A DNA stretch of 64,000 nt from Sphagnum compactum (taxonomy: Eukaryota), in the NCBI GenBank assembly GCA_965153455.1, contig OZ234493.1, positions 1,488,001 through 1,552,000 of the forward strand, in the 5' to 3' direction. Positions 1 to 12,968 of this stretch are shown piece after piece. Position 1 is the first letter of the stretch, and each line of letters opens with the position of its first letter. Both the position numbers and the translations under genes were made by a program. The notes beneath the pieces are model-generated. The model did not search any database. It saw only the letters and a list, made by a program, of their open reading frames with translations, and was not told where the DNA came from.

Positions 1-459
1 GGTTTTTGGTTGGGTCTGGGTCTAAAAAACACATTCAGAGGGTCTACATGAACTTGGACCAAACCTTAAAATTAGACCCAATGGATCTACCTGGACTTGT
101 TGTAAAATTGAATTCGGATAGTTTTAAGGTTTTTTTACAAGGTTCAGGTCACTACTAGGTAAGGTTAGGTCCTTGGGTTTAAATACAATTCAAGGTTTTT
201 AAGTTATAGGGTCTTAGGTTTAAGTCCTAAAGTTCTAAGTTCGAAGACTTTAAGGTTCTAAAGTCTTAGTCCTAAGCTTAAGATATAAAGGTATCTCCAA
301 TTATAGCACTAAAACGATTTTCACGTAATTTATTGGATTCTGGAAAACCTTTGAATAATGTGAAATTCATTTTGGACTTTGCGCGTTTAAACTTTGGATG
401 TTAGAGCCACACTGTAGGATGAAATGGAGTGGGATGTTATTGTCTTTGGAATCACTTTC

Positions 460-1079
460 TAATGGATGCATCTCTTGCGGCCGTTGGCAACCTTGTGGTC
501 AACCAACTGATGGAGCGTGAGGCGGCCGCGGCTGTCACAGCCAAGGCTACTTCTGCGAAAGAGCCCAAGTGGACCACAATGATGGTCAAGAATGTGCGCC
601 AGGTGGTCAGCCGGGCTATGGAGACCCTAGCCGACGCGCCCAAACAGGAGGAGCGCAAGCTCAACTTGCGCCTCACGGGTTTTGAGGCCAAGAAGGGCGA
701 GACCGAAAAATAGTTGGTGCAGTGGTTCAACACAGAGTTGTTGCAAGGGCAAATGAGGTTGCGCGCCAAGGTTGTCATCGCCACGCGGCAGCGACCTGCG
801 ACCGCGCGAGCCTCCACTTCGACAACGGGTGCGCGCCTCGGTGTGATGTTGCTCAAATTCGCAACAAGCGAAGACTGCCAGGCCGCGCTACGAGGGCGCA
901 AAAGCCTGGCGGGGACCAAACTAGGCCTAGACGAGGACTTCACGCTCGCGCAATAGGTGCTCAAGTCGCAGCTATGGCCGCTGTTCAAGGAGGCCGAGGC
1001 GGCAGGCAAGCGCGCCTTCTGGCGCACAGCTGAGCTCTTCGTCAACGGCACTCGGATTTGCCCACCTTCCTTTATCTAA
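460..1079 (+). pseudogene. LINE ORF1 remnant (RRM-like, RKLNLRLTGF ... LLKF ... LGLDEDFT)
   Basis: ORFs 429-713 and 714-956 are in one frame, broken by TAG at 711 and 954. Motifs resemble the ORF1 of CR1/L2/RTEX-type LINEs. Confidence 0.65.
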
Positions 1080-1106
1080 GGCCACGGGGACCAGAGAGAC
1101 CTATGC

Positions 1107-4100
1107 ATGGTATTGTGGAACATGCACGGGGGTGGTGTAAATAAACTAAAATGAGGGTGCAAATACTAGAGCTATTTCAGGATGCTGACCTTGTCTTATT
1201 AACCGAAACCTGGCACTTCCCATGCCAACATTTGCCACACGTTGAAGGGTTTGACTCGCAGTAGCGCGCACTATGTAGCCGGGAAGAACAAAAGCGATAA
1301 AACATAACGGGGGGGTTGCCGCTTACTTTCACAGCCACCTCGGCCCAAACCTGTCACAATGGAAGGAAGGAAGCCATGATTTTTATCTATGGCTACGGGT
1401 CAGCGAGGGTGCTGCTCCTGACTTGTATGTCTGCGTGGTGTATGCTGCCCTTGTTGGCTCTAAACACCAAAACGAATCCTTGTTCCAAAACCTGGCAGCA
1501 GATATTGCTGAAGTTTAAACTCTAGGGGGCATATTATTATTGGGAGGGGATTTTAATGCACGAACTGCAACATTACCAGATACCATCGACACTAGCGACC
1601 TTTGTGAACTATTACAGGCACCTGAGTTCGTTCAGACTGAGTAACCAAGTGCTGTGGCTAAGTGACAGAACCGCGACGCTAGTGTTGGCGGCTAGGGCCG
1701 CGAGTTCCTGGACCTATGTTCTGACACTGGGTTGCTCATCTTCAACGGCCGGACACTTTGACGATGAATCAGGGGAGTTCACTTGCATGGCAAATGGGGG
1801 GCGTAGCATTGTCGATTATATTGTTGGCTCACTTGCAATTTGGCAAGCTGCTACACACCTCGAGGTGATAATAGATGACACCTGCTATTGCGCGATGGGG
1901 GGAGACTCTGACCACAGGCCGTTACGCCTACGGTTGAGCATCGATTGTAGCTTTGTTGAGCCACAACATACAGTTGTAACAAAAAAATTCTTACCTAGGT
2001 TCAAATATGATAAATCAAAGAAACCTATGGGTTGTTGACTCAATCGGGCATCGTGGGGCAAACGGGTTAGCTGACCTACTGCAGTAGTGCGTGGGTGCTG
2101 CAGCAGAGTCAACTTTAGGCAATAAGCCTTTGGGAGGAAACTGCAGAGCGCAACATTGCCATAAACCCTAGTTTGATGCTGATTGTCGTATAGTGAAGCG
2201 GGAGCTGAGATTCTGGCTGAAAGCCAACCCCGATTCGCACACCACTAAACATCAGGCAAGTAAACTCAAAAATTTATTAAAAAGGAAAAAAAATTCTGGG
2301 AAACTGCAAGAGCTCAACATATGTGTACGTTTGCCAAGGTGGATGCACTTTCGTTTTAGAAAAAGTACCGGCCAAGGGCACCCGTTGTGGACAAAATCAG
2401 TGTAACTACGCTTTTGGAAGGCTTCCACAGGCTAGTTGGCCAGTCTTTGCCACCCATACGGCTGCGAATTGATCACTCGGTCCAGCTGACGGAACCTCCA
2501 CCTAGCCACACCCTAAACACAGATATCACACTTGCTGAGCTGCTTCAGGCGCTGAAGAAGCTACAAAGGAATAAGGCTGTTAGTTTGGATGGTATGAAAG
2601 CTGAGTTCATTTTGGATGTGGGAGAGCAGCTACACATGCCACTATTGACAACGTTCAGTTGCTTTCTGGCAGAAGGTATGCCATAAGCCCTTTCCACTGG
2701 GGTGGTCCACGCACTCTTTAAAGGGGCGATGCCTCCGAATTTGACAACTACAGGGGGATAACTATTGGGCCTATCCTAGCAAAACTGTTCGCTATGATCC
2801 TTGACAAAAGGCTGAGCAAGTGGGCTGAACAACATGAGTTGCGTGCCAAGGGTCAAGCTGGGTTTCGCAAAGATTACCGCACTACTGACCAACTCTTCAT
2901 ACTGCGAACTTTGATAGAACAGAGCAAGGCAAAAAAGAAGCCATTCTATTGTTGCTTTGTGGACTTTAAAAAGGCGTTCGATACTGTGTCGCATGAAGTG
3001 CTGTGGGAGGTGTTGGCTAGCCTCAGGGTGGAGGGACGCTTCTTGCGATGCCTACAGGCGATGTATACCAAGGATACCGTATGCATCAACCACCCAAGCG
3101 AAGGTGTCACCTCCAGCTTCAGGTGCCAACTAGGTGTGAAGCAAGGTTGCCCTCTCAGCCCCCTATTGTTTGGGCTATATTTGGATGCCCTCGAGGGGCG
3201 CTTGGACGGCAGAGAATGCGATGCACCGACCTTAGCAAATGTGCACGTATGGCTGTTGCTTTTTGCAGATGACCTTGCTCTGATGTCGAAATCAGAGGTG
3301 GGATTGCAGCAGCAGTTAAACGTGCTCCAGCAGTTCTGTGCTGAACGTGGACTTACAGTGAACATGAAAAAAACAAAAGTCATGGTGTTCAACTCTGCTG
3401 ACCCATGCCAAAAGTTTTTGTTTGAAGGTGATGCTATTAAGCGTGTGCAGACCTTCAAATACCTGGGGATCCTGCTCGAGACCACCCCGAACCTAAACAG
3501 TGCAGTGGAACATCTAGCAGCTGCCAATAGGCGCTCGCTGTTCGCATTGAACCGTCGTTGTGCGGAGCTACGTATTATGGACATCCAGTTACGCTGTGAC
3601 CTCTTCAACACGTTGGTGCGTTCCACAACAAGTTATGCTTGTGAGGTTTGGGTGGACTCCAAGAAAAAAGATGCTATTGAAGTAGTGTACCGAAGGTTCT
3701 TCAAGTCCTTGCTCAGGGTGCGAAAAACAACTAGCATGTCCATCGTGCTAGCAGAATTTGGCAAATTCCCCTTTGAACACTTTGCATGGGAACAAGCGTT
3801 GTTGTACTATAACCGTGTGAGCACGATCACTAAAGACCGCATCTTAGGCAAGGCATGGGAAGCCCAACTCACTATGCTTGCTCTGAGAAAGAACTGTTCG
3901 GCAAGAACTGTTGGGCTAGATCCGTGAAAAAATGGCTACTCAAGAATCAGCCCCAGGAGGTGGCAGGTTTTCTGGCTCTGGTTCAACCGTCGTTGGAAAC
4001 GACGCCTAAGCCTGCAACGACCCATGTGCTCCAGGCAAGGACTGCTCAACCGCTAGAAACGACTCCTGAGACAATGCACATACACCCGACCCGTGTAGCA

Positions 4101-4720
4101 GGGGCGAGAGGCTGGGCGGAGAGCCAAGTACTTTGGTGCAATGCGCACAACGTATGGGTGGGAGTTCAGATGGCTCAGCTGGCTGCGCTACAACTAGTGT
4201 AGCCGGTTGCTGCTAGATCTACGACAGGAGGCCCGATCCACCAGGAGGCTGGGGCCCCAACCCCTCCAGGTTTTCCCCACACAATATTGAGTGTAAAAAG
4301 GGTGAAGGATAATATGCGTCTGGCTTACATTGAAAATCTCTTTACCAATCGCGAGATCGGGACTAACGTGCAGACAAAATATTTGCGTTTCAAGGGTATG
4401 TTGTAGAGAGCGAAAACTACTTGTGTGACATCAGCTGCGTTTAGCTACGAAAAGCTCTAGCCCGGTTTCGATTTGGTAACACGCAGCTTGAGGTAGTGCT
4501 AGGTGCGTGGAAGGGCGTGCCATACGCTGAGAGGCTTTGTCAAGGCTGCAATTTGGGGAAGGTTGAGGATGAAGAGCACTTGCTTCTTGTTTGTCCAAAT
4601 ACACAGAAAGTTAGGGAACGCTTTTGTTCGACCTTGCCCCTCACCCACACTAGCACTCTTGCTAAGCTCATGCAGATTACAAACACGGTCGCCCTGGCCA
4701 AGTTTGTGGCATGCTGCTAG
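1107..4720 (+). pseudogene. LINE ORF2 (endonuclease - reverse transcriptase - CCHC zinc knuckle), disrupted
   Basis: ORF 2794-3927 has QAGFR, FVDFKKAFD, GVKQGCPLSPLLF, LLFADD and FKYLG. Endonuclease fragments lie at 1107-2040 and the zinc knuckle in 4496-4720. Confidence 0.92.
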
Positions 4721-7094
4721 TGCCAGAGGACAATCTATCCTCCATGATTTACCTTTCGTCTAATGGACTCTCTGGTCCCAAACGGACGTAAAATTGCAAA
4801 CAGTAAACACATGAAAAAATAGACCGTGCAATTCAAAGCAAAAGGTGACAAGGGAGTGGGTAGTTGATGGAGTTTCCTCCTTTTTAGTGTTTGTTTGATA
4901 TAGGTTAATAGCAACGGTAAGATTTGTGGTGCTGCTTTGTGTGAGTTATTTAAGTCAATGGACAAGCCAGGTTTTTGTTCTAGCAGTCTTGATGATCTTT
5001 GGAGACTGTGTATTCAGCATGATATCAAGATGGTGGAATTTGAGGAATGGTTTGTGATGGAGAGATAAAAGGCCAATTAGTAGATGAGCTAAGTACCTAG
5101 TTCTTCATAATGATATGCTACTGAAGTGCGGATGTGGTGTGATTGGTTTTCTTGTTGAAGATTGATGAATGCCCAACAGTTGAATTCTTACTTTATTTTG
5201 ATTCCTGTTCTATTCTGCTGTGCACTAGAGTTAAGTGGATAGATAGGTGTAGAGACACAAACATGAACAAAATGTGTGGGAATGGTGAAAGTGCTCCTTG
5301 TTTCCTTTTCTCTCCCTTCTTGGGTGCTTTCTTTCTATAAAGTTTGGCAGGGTTTTATCAATAAGATTTGCTCATGCATACACACTGTGCTTTGGAGTTG
5401 TATTGATATTGAGAAAGAATTAGGTTGTATATGCAACCTCCTTTTTTTTTTGGTTACAACACCACCCACAAAAGTTGAAATAAGTGAGGACATAAGAAAT
5501 GAAGCCAGTGAGATCCTTAGGTATTAAAGTCAAGATCAAACTTGATTTGGACCTTTAAGTACAAGGGTCAATGGCAGCTTTTCTTACTATGGTCACCATC
5601 CACACTCCTAACAATGAAGAGTTTAAATGTAACTTCAATGCATTTTAAAAATATGTAAAACCTAAAATCGATGTTAAACCCAAAATTGAGGGGTCTCATA
5701 AAGCTTACTATAATCATTGATCCAAGAAGCCAACAATCTAAAAAATTGGAATTGGCTTTGAAATTGATAGTTTTTACTTTTTGAAAATATTCCGTCAACC
5801 TGGAACTAAAGGATTTTTCATTTTTCAGAAAAAAAGAAAACTTGGACTCAATGATTCTTATGAAAACCAAAAACTTAGCCCAAACTTTCCCATGCCTTGT
5901 GATTTGCATATGTTTAAGCTATTGACACTATTACAAAACCATGGGTTTTACATTAGTTTGTTTTTAAATTCAATCATTATGGAGAATCGATAATTTTGGC
6001 TATATTTAAAACAAACTAGTTGTTTAGGTCATAAAATTGACTAAGTTCAGATGAATGAAATGTGTCTTGTCTAACTAGATTGAAAAAAATCAAGTTGATT
6101 TCCCATCCTATGGGGCCAAATTATATATTTTTTATTTATTTATTTTGTTGAACTGTTGATAGGTCATTGAAGTGCCATGGGGTTTGCTGAATTTGTTCTT
6201 GAATTGGACTACCCAAAAGGAAAAAAAAAACTTTTTTTTTCACCTAGAGTATCAACGTCACCAAACCCACATCTAGTCCTCCATTTGGTTTATTATTGTT
6301 GTTATTATTATTATGTGCCATGTCAACTAGTCATTCACCTTCTTGGCCATACAAGAAGGCCATAACCATCCCAACCACAACATCATATAATGAGAAATAA
6401 TAACATCCAAAGTAGATGTAAAAATTAGATTAATTTGAAATATGTATTTTAGAAAATCAAATGTATAGTAATTATTTTTATTTGAGCTATATTTTGAAAT
6501 GTAATGTCTTTAATTATGTTTAATTTTCAATTTTTTAATTTCATAAATATATTCAATTTCTGAATATGTTCAAATTTCATACCTAAAAGCATTACATATT
6601 ATGAAAAAAGATTTTGAAATAGGTCAGAAATTAGAAAATAAAAATTTCAGTTATATTTTTAATCTCATAATTACATATAATAATAATAATTTCTTAATTT
6701 CAAATGTCAATTCATTTACATTAATTTAAAAAGTTATTTCAAAAATTTCCATGTAATTTTTTTTTCAAAGTAATTTAATCTTGCAATTTTTTATTTAATT
6801 AATTCCACATGTGAAATACATAAAGATAAATTATTCTACCATTTTTATTTTTATTTCATAATTACATTTAATTCTATAATGATATAGTGTCATAATGAAA
6901 TTGATTGCAAATGTCATTAATATATTTATTTCTATTTTATTGTATATTAAAGAAAATTTCAGTTGTTGTTGGATTTCTAGGAAAAACAATTGCTCCCAAT
7001 TCAATATCCACTACCCTTTTAGGTTTAAAATTTAGAAAACCTCCTCCATTAAATCCTACTCATAGAATTCATTCCAACAACACCAATAGCTAAA

Positions 7095-7362
7095 GAATTT
7101 CAATTTTCATTTTCAAATTCTTCAAGTAAGCTCATTGGACCCTTCACATTAAATCATAATTGTCCCATGTGGGCTATGGCATTTTACAAAAGTGCTGCTA
7201 CAAATGGTAACCTAGGAAATGCTTAGGTCTAGAAGTGGTTACTTTTATTTTCATTTTGAAAAATGAAGACAAAATCATTTAAAAATTACAAATATTTCTT
7301 TATTTCATTTTCTGAAAAAACTCACCAAGTTGCAAAAAAAATCCAAAAAAATGAAGACACTA
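7095..7362. mobile_element. MITE-like dispersed repeat, related to 43775-44027
   Basis: Shares 'gcattttacaaaagtgctg...acctaggaaatgcttaggtctaga' with about 43860-43925. Confidence 0.5.
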
Positions 7363-7961
7363 CATATAGTACAACCTTTATCAAAGGTATGAATTGAAAT
7401 AAAATTCCAAAAGCAAGTGTAGTTGATAGTTAGTCACCATCAGCCAAACAAATCCGTCATAACCACATGCATTGCCAAAATATGAGAATGAATATGTGTT
7501 TGACAAGAGCAAAACTTGGGTAGATATTGCTGAGGAGGCAAGAGGCCACAGAGCTATATAGATCTGTCCACTCAAAGAAAGGTATTACGTATCCATGGGA
7601 TCATAGCTGTTACAATTCCAAGCTGGACCTTGAAACAACAACAAATGGTGAAGCCACAAAGTTTCTTATGGTGTGCAATTGCACCCCATATTTTAATCTT
7701 CATGTATGAACAATCCAGGTTTACAAATCAGCAGCTCTTGTGTATAAGGCTGGAGAAATCACACTTGGGTGGAGGAGTAGAACACCTCTTGTTTGTGGCT
7801 GGAAATCTTTTTCAAAGAATTCTCCACAAAGCTTGGAGACAACGGATATCTTCACAGCAATTCTTGTCTGTGTGCAGCTACAGATGGTAAATTCACCATG
7901 GTTTATAACTTATTTGTACACCCACAAGAGAGGTGGGAGACGCACACAAGTGTAAGGTAAA

Positions 7962-10458
7962 TCATAGCTCCCAATTTGAATCATCAACATTTTGGCTTTG
8001 AGTTGCACCTGTTGTGCTCTCGGACGTGCATCCACTCTGAGCTGCGCTCAAACTAGTGATCCACACATCATCTGCTATAATAGGGATAGCATCTTGATTG
8101 CGATTCCAGCTCCAGTGTGCATGTGTGGCATTGAAGATTTCAAGTTCACCATGTCCAAAGCTGGACTCCCGGAATACTGACCACACAGGTTGGGGATCCA
8201 GCCACCTGTAAAACACACCTCACCCCATAAACAAAGCTTACATGAGCTGATGAAGAATCTTGACTATCATTGGACAATGTGTATAGAGTCTCTTGTAAAT
8301 GGGTTGTTGTGATTGAGTGATTATTGATCTCTTGAATAGTAATTTGCGGCATTCTTGATTTCAATGCAATGGGGGTGATAATACAGACTTACGTTCCTGC
8401 AAGACCTTCACGGTTTCCTCCGTCGCCAATAGTGATATACAGGATTCCACAGGGGTCTGGTTTTTTCAGATACGCTCTTTCCTGGTTATATTACACAAAC
8501 GTAAAAGTGCTCAGAATTTCAGTTTCAAATGTTTTTCGCTACTCAGTCAATCAAGCTCCAGGAGATCAACGATGAACCCAAGTCTAAGAAAGGCTGGTTG
8601 CTTTGTATAAATCTGAGTAGCTTACCGCACGCTCGTAAGCATGGACATGACCAGCAAACATGATATCCACCTTGGCAGCATAAAGAGTAGACTCCAATGC
8701 TGCCATCATTGCATCTCCTTCACCCTGATGGGCAGTGTTGCTATTGTACCAGGGTGCATGAAGAATTGCGATTAGCCATGGCGTCTTGGTTCTATCCACT
8801 TTTTCCAGATCTGCCTGTTATCATAACCAGTTGCATGCACACGGATCAGATCATCAAAATTTCCCCAGAATTTTGCATTGAAACATAATTCCTAGGGTTA
8901 AGATCAGACGAAGAGGGATACTACATCACATGGTGCCATCATTGTTCTGAATTTTTGTGTGAGAAAGAGGGGGGGGGGGGGGGGGGGGGGGGAGAGAGAG
9001 AGTGTGTGTGTGTGTGTGTATGTGATGTCGACAAACACCTGAAGCCATTTGAACTGTGTAGAATTTGTATCGAAGTCGGCATAAGATCCCAGCATCAGAA
9101 TGTGAACCCCTGCAACTTCGAATGAGTAGTAGAGATTGGAAGAGGATCCGCTCTCGTTGTAAGGCATTTCCCAGCGGGTGTTGTAGGACAAAAAGCTTTC
9201 CACGAGGAGAGGAATGTCTTCAATCTCATGGTTTCCTTCTGTCACCATCCACGGCCGATAATTCGCGTATGGCGACACCATCTGCCCGAAACTGTCCCAT
9301 AAAGGTTGCCACGTATCGGCGTAAGACAAATCCCCAGGAAACAATAACACATCGTAATCATAGCCTGCAAGGTGCTCCAGAGTAGTTGCCGTCCAATCAG
9401 TTTGTCCCAGATCACCTGCAGCAATACATTTCCAAAACCGCGAGGTTATTGATCCATTAGCAGCATGCAAGCAATTCAGATCCAAGGCAATGCAGCTGCG
9501 GCATTCATTCTTTTGCAATAGCTTCACCTGTGGAGTTATGAGAGGACTGTGAGCGCAGTTAGCTGCAAAAACACAATGGAAAGCTGCTGTAATCACATCC
9601 GCCTAATGGAAAGATGTCCTTAATTAGTGCTTTTCGAACACGGCAAAAACTAAATCAAATGCAACAAATGTTCCTCGAGATAAAGACAGTTTTGCAAGGC
9701 TTTTTTCTCAGTGCTCCTCTCGCAGTTTTTGGAATATTGAAAGCTAGACATGCGGATGCTAGAGGGGGACCCAAAACCCCCTGCAAAAAAAGAAAGACTC
9801 ACCGACAACTGCGAATTTGATGGGCACATTTGGGCCAGAAGGAGGAGGAGTGGTGAAATTAAACTCGGCGCCGAAACCGCCACACTTGTAGAAGTAGGTG
9901 GTGCTGGGATCGAGTGGACCCAGAATCACATCGTGGATCAGACCAGATTCGTATAAAATGAAACAATATTGTTTGGTGACACCACTTGCAATATTCGTGT
10001 AGTGCCCCGACGTTGTCCCATATTGTACAGTCGCTGGCACTGCACTGGAGGTCACCCATGTCACCTTCATCTTTCCAGGCCCGGCCAGAGAAACATGCAT
10101 CTGTTCGCACCCGCCAATTCTTCAAAAATCAGCAGTGCAAATCTAGACCCCGCAACAAGCAAGCGAGAAAACACGTACTAGAAGCAGACCCTGCTAGGAA
10201 TCTATTGCAATTCACATCCCGTAGACGAAATTCCCGCACCTGATCAGGATCGGTGCTTGCAGTCATGTTCTTCCTCTCTTGAAGGAGCTTTTCGACCGCA
10301 TTGCTCTTGGCAGGAGCTAATGGCGGCCTCTCGTATGTCGAGGATTGGCCAGCCACAAATTCTCCCAGGAAAACCAAAAACACGGCAAATACGAGAGTTG
10401 CAAACTGCAGCATCCTGGCCTTACGCCTTGATCTTGCTCCTCCTCCTCCTCCGTCCAT
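7962..10458 (-). CDS. PAP: Purple acid phosphatase (PAP18/PAP22-like), 6 exons: 10240-10458, 9803-10100, 9039-9415, 8626-8814, 8393-8481, 7962-8205
   Basis: All introns are GT-AG and phases join in frame. All five metal-ligand blocks are present ([28 protein letters not shown]), plus [17 protein letters not shown], an FN3-like N-domain (HVSLAG..VTW) and a hydrophobic signal segment. An alternative ATG lies at 10470. Confidence 0.96.
8969..9019. repeat. Compound microsatellite G24-(AG)n-(TG)n in PAP intron 3
   Basis: Read directly from the sequence. Confidence 0.95.
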
Positions 10459-10967
10459 GATCGAAAGCATGCGGTCGAACACAACAATACCAGCAATACT
10501 AACTGACGCAGCACCAATGATCTCTAGAGACAATATTTTTGCACAAACAAAGAGCGAAACCTTTTCGATATTATTGCACGAGTTCAACTGTCAAGTGCAG
10601 AACCTGAATCCGATATCCAATCTCGTCCGATACCAAATAAATTTTCGTGACAACAAAATGCTGCGTGCGTGCGTGCGTGCGTGCACACTTCCTTGCAAAA
10701 GGCAACTAGTCATTACAATTGCATCCTCTCAATCCAACACAAAAAATCAAGCTCGCAAACCTTTCCTACTTACAATATATTCACCAAAAGCGAGCGAAAT
10801 CCGATTTCATGAGTAATCGTCATTTTCGCCTCGTCATACAGCTTCAAGAGAACGCCAACAACAACAACATCAACATCAACAAAAGAAAGAAAGAACTTGC
10901 AGGAGGCAAAAATCGCAACAATTGCACGCAACAAATTCTTGTTTGCTACAAAAGCAAAATGAATCCA

Positions 10968-11012
10968 AAGAAGAAGAAGAAGAAGAAGAAGAAGAAGATG
11001 ATGATGATGATG
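10968..11012. repeat. Compound trinucleotide microsatellite (AAG)10(ATG)5 in the probable PAP 5' UTR
   Basis: Read directly; lies between the candidate TATA box and the start codon. Confidence 0.9.
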
Positions 11013-11113
11013 ATTACCAGCAACAATTGCTAATCCGATCTCTCTTGTAAAGCGTTGGAATAGATCTACAAACCACACAACAAATCAAGATCGCCAACCT
11101 TTCTTGCACACAA

Positions 11114-11119
11114 TTTATA
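11114..11119 (-). promoter_or_regulatory. Candidate TATA box of the PAP gene
   Basis: TATAAA on the minus strand, just upstream of a pyrimidine-rich 5' UTR-like region. Confidence 0.4.
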
Positions 11120-11206
11120 TGCGCAGCACAAGTGGCTTTCAAGCATGCAATTTCTCTTAATTAAATGCAAGAATATAATTTCTACTTGAAAATTCATCAT
11201 TTTAAA

Positions 11207-11214
11207 GAATATTC
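11207..11214. promoter_or_regulatory. Candidate P1BS (PHR1-binding, GNATATNC) element
   Basis: GAATATTC about 90 bp upstream of the candidate TATA of a purple acid phosphatase. Confidence 0.4.
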
Positions 11215-11516
11215 ATATAATTTGTGCCTAAGCTACCAAGGTACTATATGGTAATCTGGATTTTTCTTTTCTTTTAATATTTCTTTTAGCGAGAACACTT
11301 CAGGAATCAGGGTGTTAATTTATTTTTTTAATTAAAAAAAAGTTCTCACACAATTGTGTGATATAAAAAAATTGGGGATTTTTTTTTCCCTCAATTCTAG
11401 CAAAATTAGTTGAATTTACACTAGCAATCTACAATTTTTGCCCATATTTTTGTCAAGAAACTGACGAAATTTTGACAGCAAAAAAAAAAGCCACTGGTAG
11501 CCTACCTACTATGAAT

Positions 11517-11593
11517 GAATGATCTGCAAAGTTGGTATTATGGGCCATGTGCCTGAATGATCTGCAAAGTTGGTATTATGGGCCGTGTGCCTG
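11517..11593. repeat. Tandem duplication, 2 x 38 bp
   Basis: gaatgatctgcaaagttggtattatgggcc(a/g)tgtgcct repeated with one mismatch. Confidence 0.9.
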
Positions 11594-12621
11594 TGAGCAA
11601 ATTTGGGCGAGTCTGGTATGGCAAGCCCAAAATTTCAAAATGGTTGCCCAAAATGAGTACAGTGCTTTGTATTGGGCAACATCCTTCATTATGTGATGGT
11701 TTTCATGTGGATTTTGCATGGGATTTCTTCCCTATTAGGAAAAGTGAAGAGCAAAATGGAGGGTTTCACATTTTGGAAACCCAATTTGCTGTATGAGTTC
11801 AAAAAACAATTATGGTTTTTAGGGTTTAAACTCTTCATGATAGAATTAATGGTCAGATCCAATGGTCAGATCGTCGTGTTGCCTGAAGTGAAAATCTTCA
11901 AGCCGTTGTCCTTAATCCAGATTGACTACCCGATCATAAAGACCTGCCAAAAAATTCTAGTGTAATTTGCACAACACATTCTAGTGTGAGGAATTTGGCA
12001 CATTTTTGGAGTCACTCTAAAGTGGCGCCCACCCTCTGTTTCAGGGGTTCGAATCTCTGCCATTCCAGTTCATTTTTCAGTTCACCCCAAGAAGCACAGG
12101 GTGGTCACATTGCTGTAATCAGCCACTTTAGTGCTCTGACTTCTAGGGTTTAGAAGTAAATGTTCCGGAGAACTCTTTGTTTTAACTTCCATTGAACTAA
12201 AATTTGAAAACTGGAATTTGTGGTCCCTTTTACCAATCAGAATGTGACATGTGTCATACACATCAATTACAAACATAAATTGACTGATTAAGCTGATTAC
12301 AAAAATAATATGCAACCAAGGCAAATATTTTTTTGTTTTTAAGTCTTCTTGGGTCTATCTGACCTAACCATTGTTCAAAATCAATATGCCCATTTGTGCG
12401 AATCATTAAAGCCCATTATGTTACGGAACATGCCAGGTACAGGCTATTGTGCCCATTTTTCTGCACACTCAGAAATTTTGGCTCACTTTGCTGGGCTCAC
12501 CCAAATTCTTCACATGCACCGTACCGGGCACAATGGCCTTACCTAGCACGTTCCGTAATACTTAATAATCCCAAGCAGATGAAGTACCATGTAGAAAGGT
12601 TCAGAAATGCAGCTTTCATTT

Positions 12622-12968
12622 TCCTTGCAGTACTTCTTTGTTGGCCTTGCCTACCAAGGCAAGGATATTGTGTGTTAAGATTCATTATAGAGTATAGTAA
12701 CTTAAGGGATTTTTATAGGCCCTTACTAGGTAATAATAATAGGTCTATTTTTATACTAGGATTTTTGAAAGATGATATTTTGGCTTGTGTTGAAACTTGA
12801 AATTAGTTATAGAGTAATGATATCTTGAAGGATTTTGGTTTCTCTAAGGGGATGTTTTTAAAGATTATATTTTTGCATGGAAAAATATTTGAATTTCTGT
12901 AATTCTGCTTTTGCCTTAAAGATACTTTTTAATGTAAATGGCAAGGCCAGAGTGTGACACACCCCTGG
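12622..12968 (+). mobile_element. Non-autonomous Helitron-like repeat (second copy about 42010-42598)
   Basis: Clear homology to 42017-42255 and 42548-42600. The 3' end has a gtgtg-a-cacac hairpin followed by CTGG|T (CTRR). Internal inverted motif tggccttgcc...ggcaaggcca. The 5' end is approximate. Confidence 0.55.

Larger units (their letters stand above)
460..4810 (+). mobile_element. Non-LTR retrotransposon (LINE, RTEX-like), decayed, probably 5'-truncated
   Basis: GC-rich block with ORF1 remnants, APE endonuclease motifs (LTETWH about 1200; SIVDYI; SDHRP), an RT domain and a C-terminal CCHC knuckle (CQGC..EDEEHLLLVC). It carries many stops and frameshifts. Ends are approximate and no TSD was resolved. 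Confidence 0.9.

Noticed and set aside
452-3626. Minus-strand ORFs 452-1051 and 2946-3626
   Set aside because: Antisense shadows of LINE ORF1 and RT; no independent motifs.
10301-11078. ORFs 10301-10816, 10719-11033 and 10770-11078 with poly-K/M/H/L runs
   Set aside because: Antisense to PAP exon 1, or translations of microsatellites.
11990-12067. tRNA-like 3' half (ggggttcgaatctctgccattcca)
   Set aside because: Good B box, but I could not build an A box, D arm or anticodon arm; not called as tRNA.
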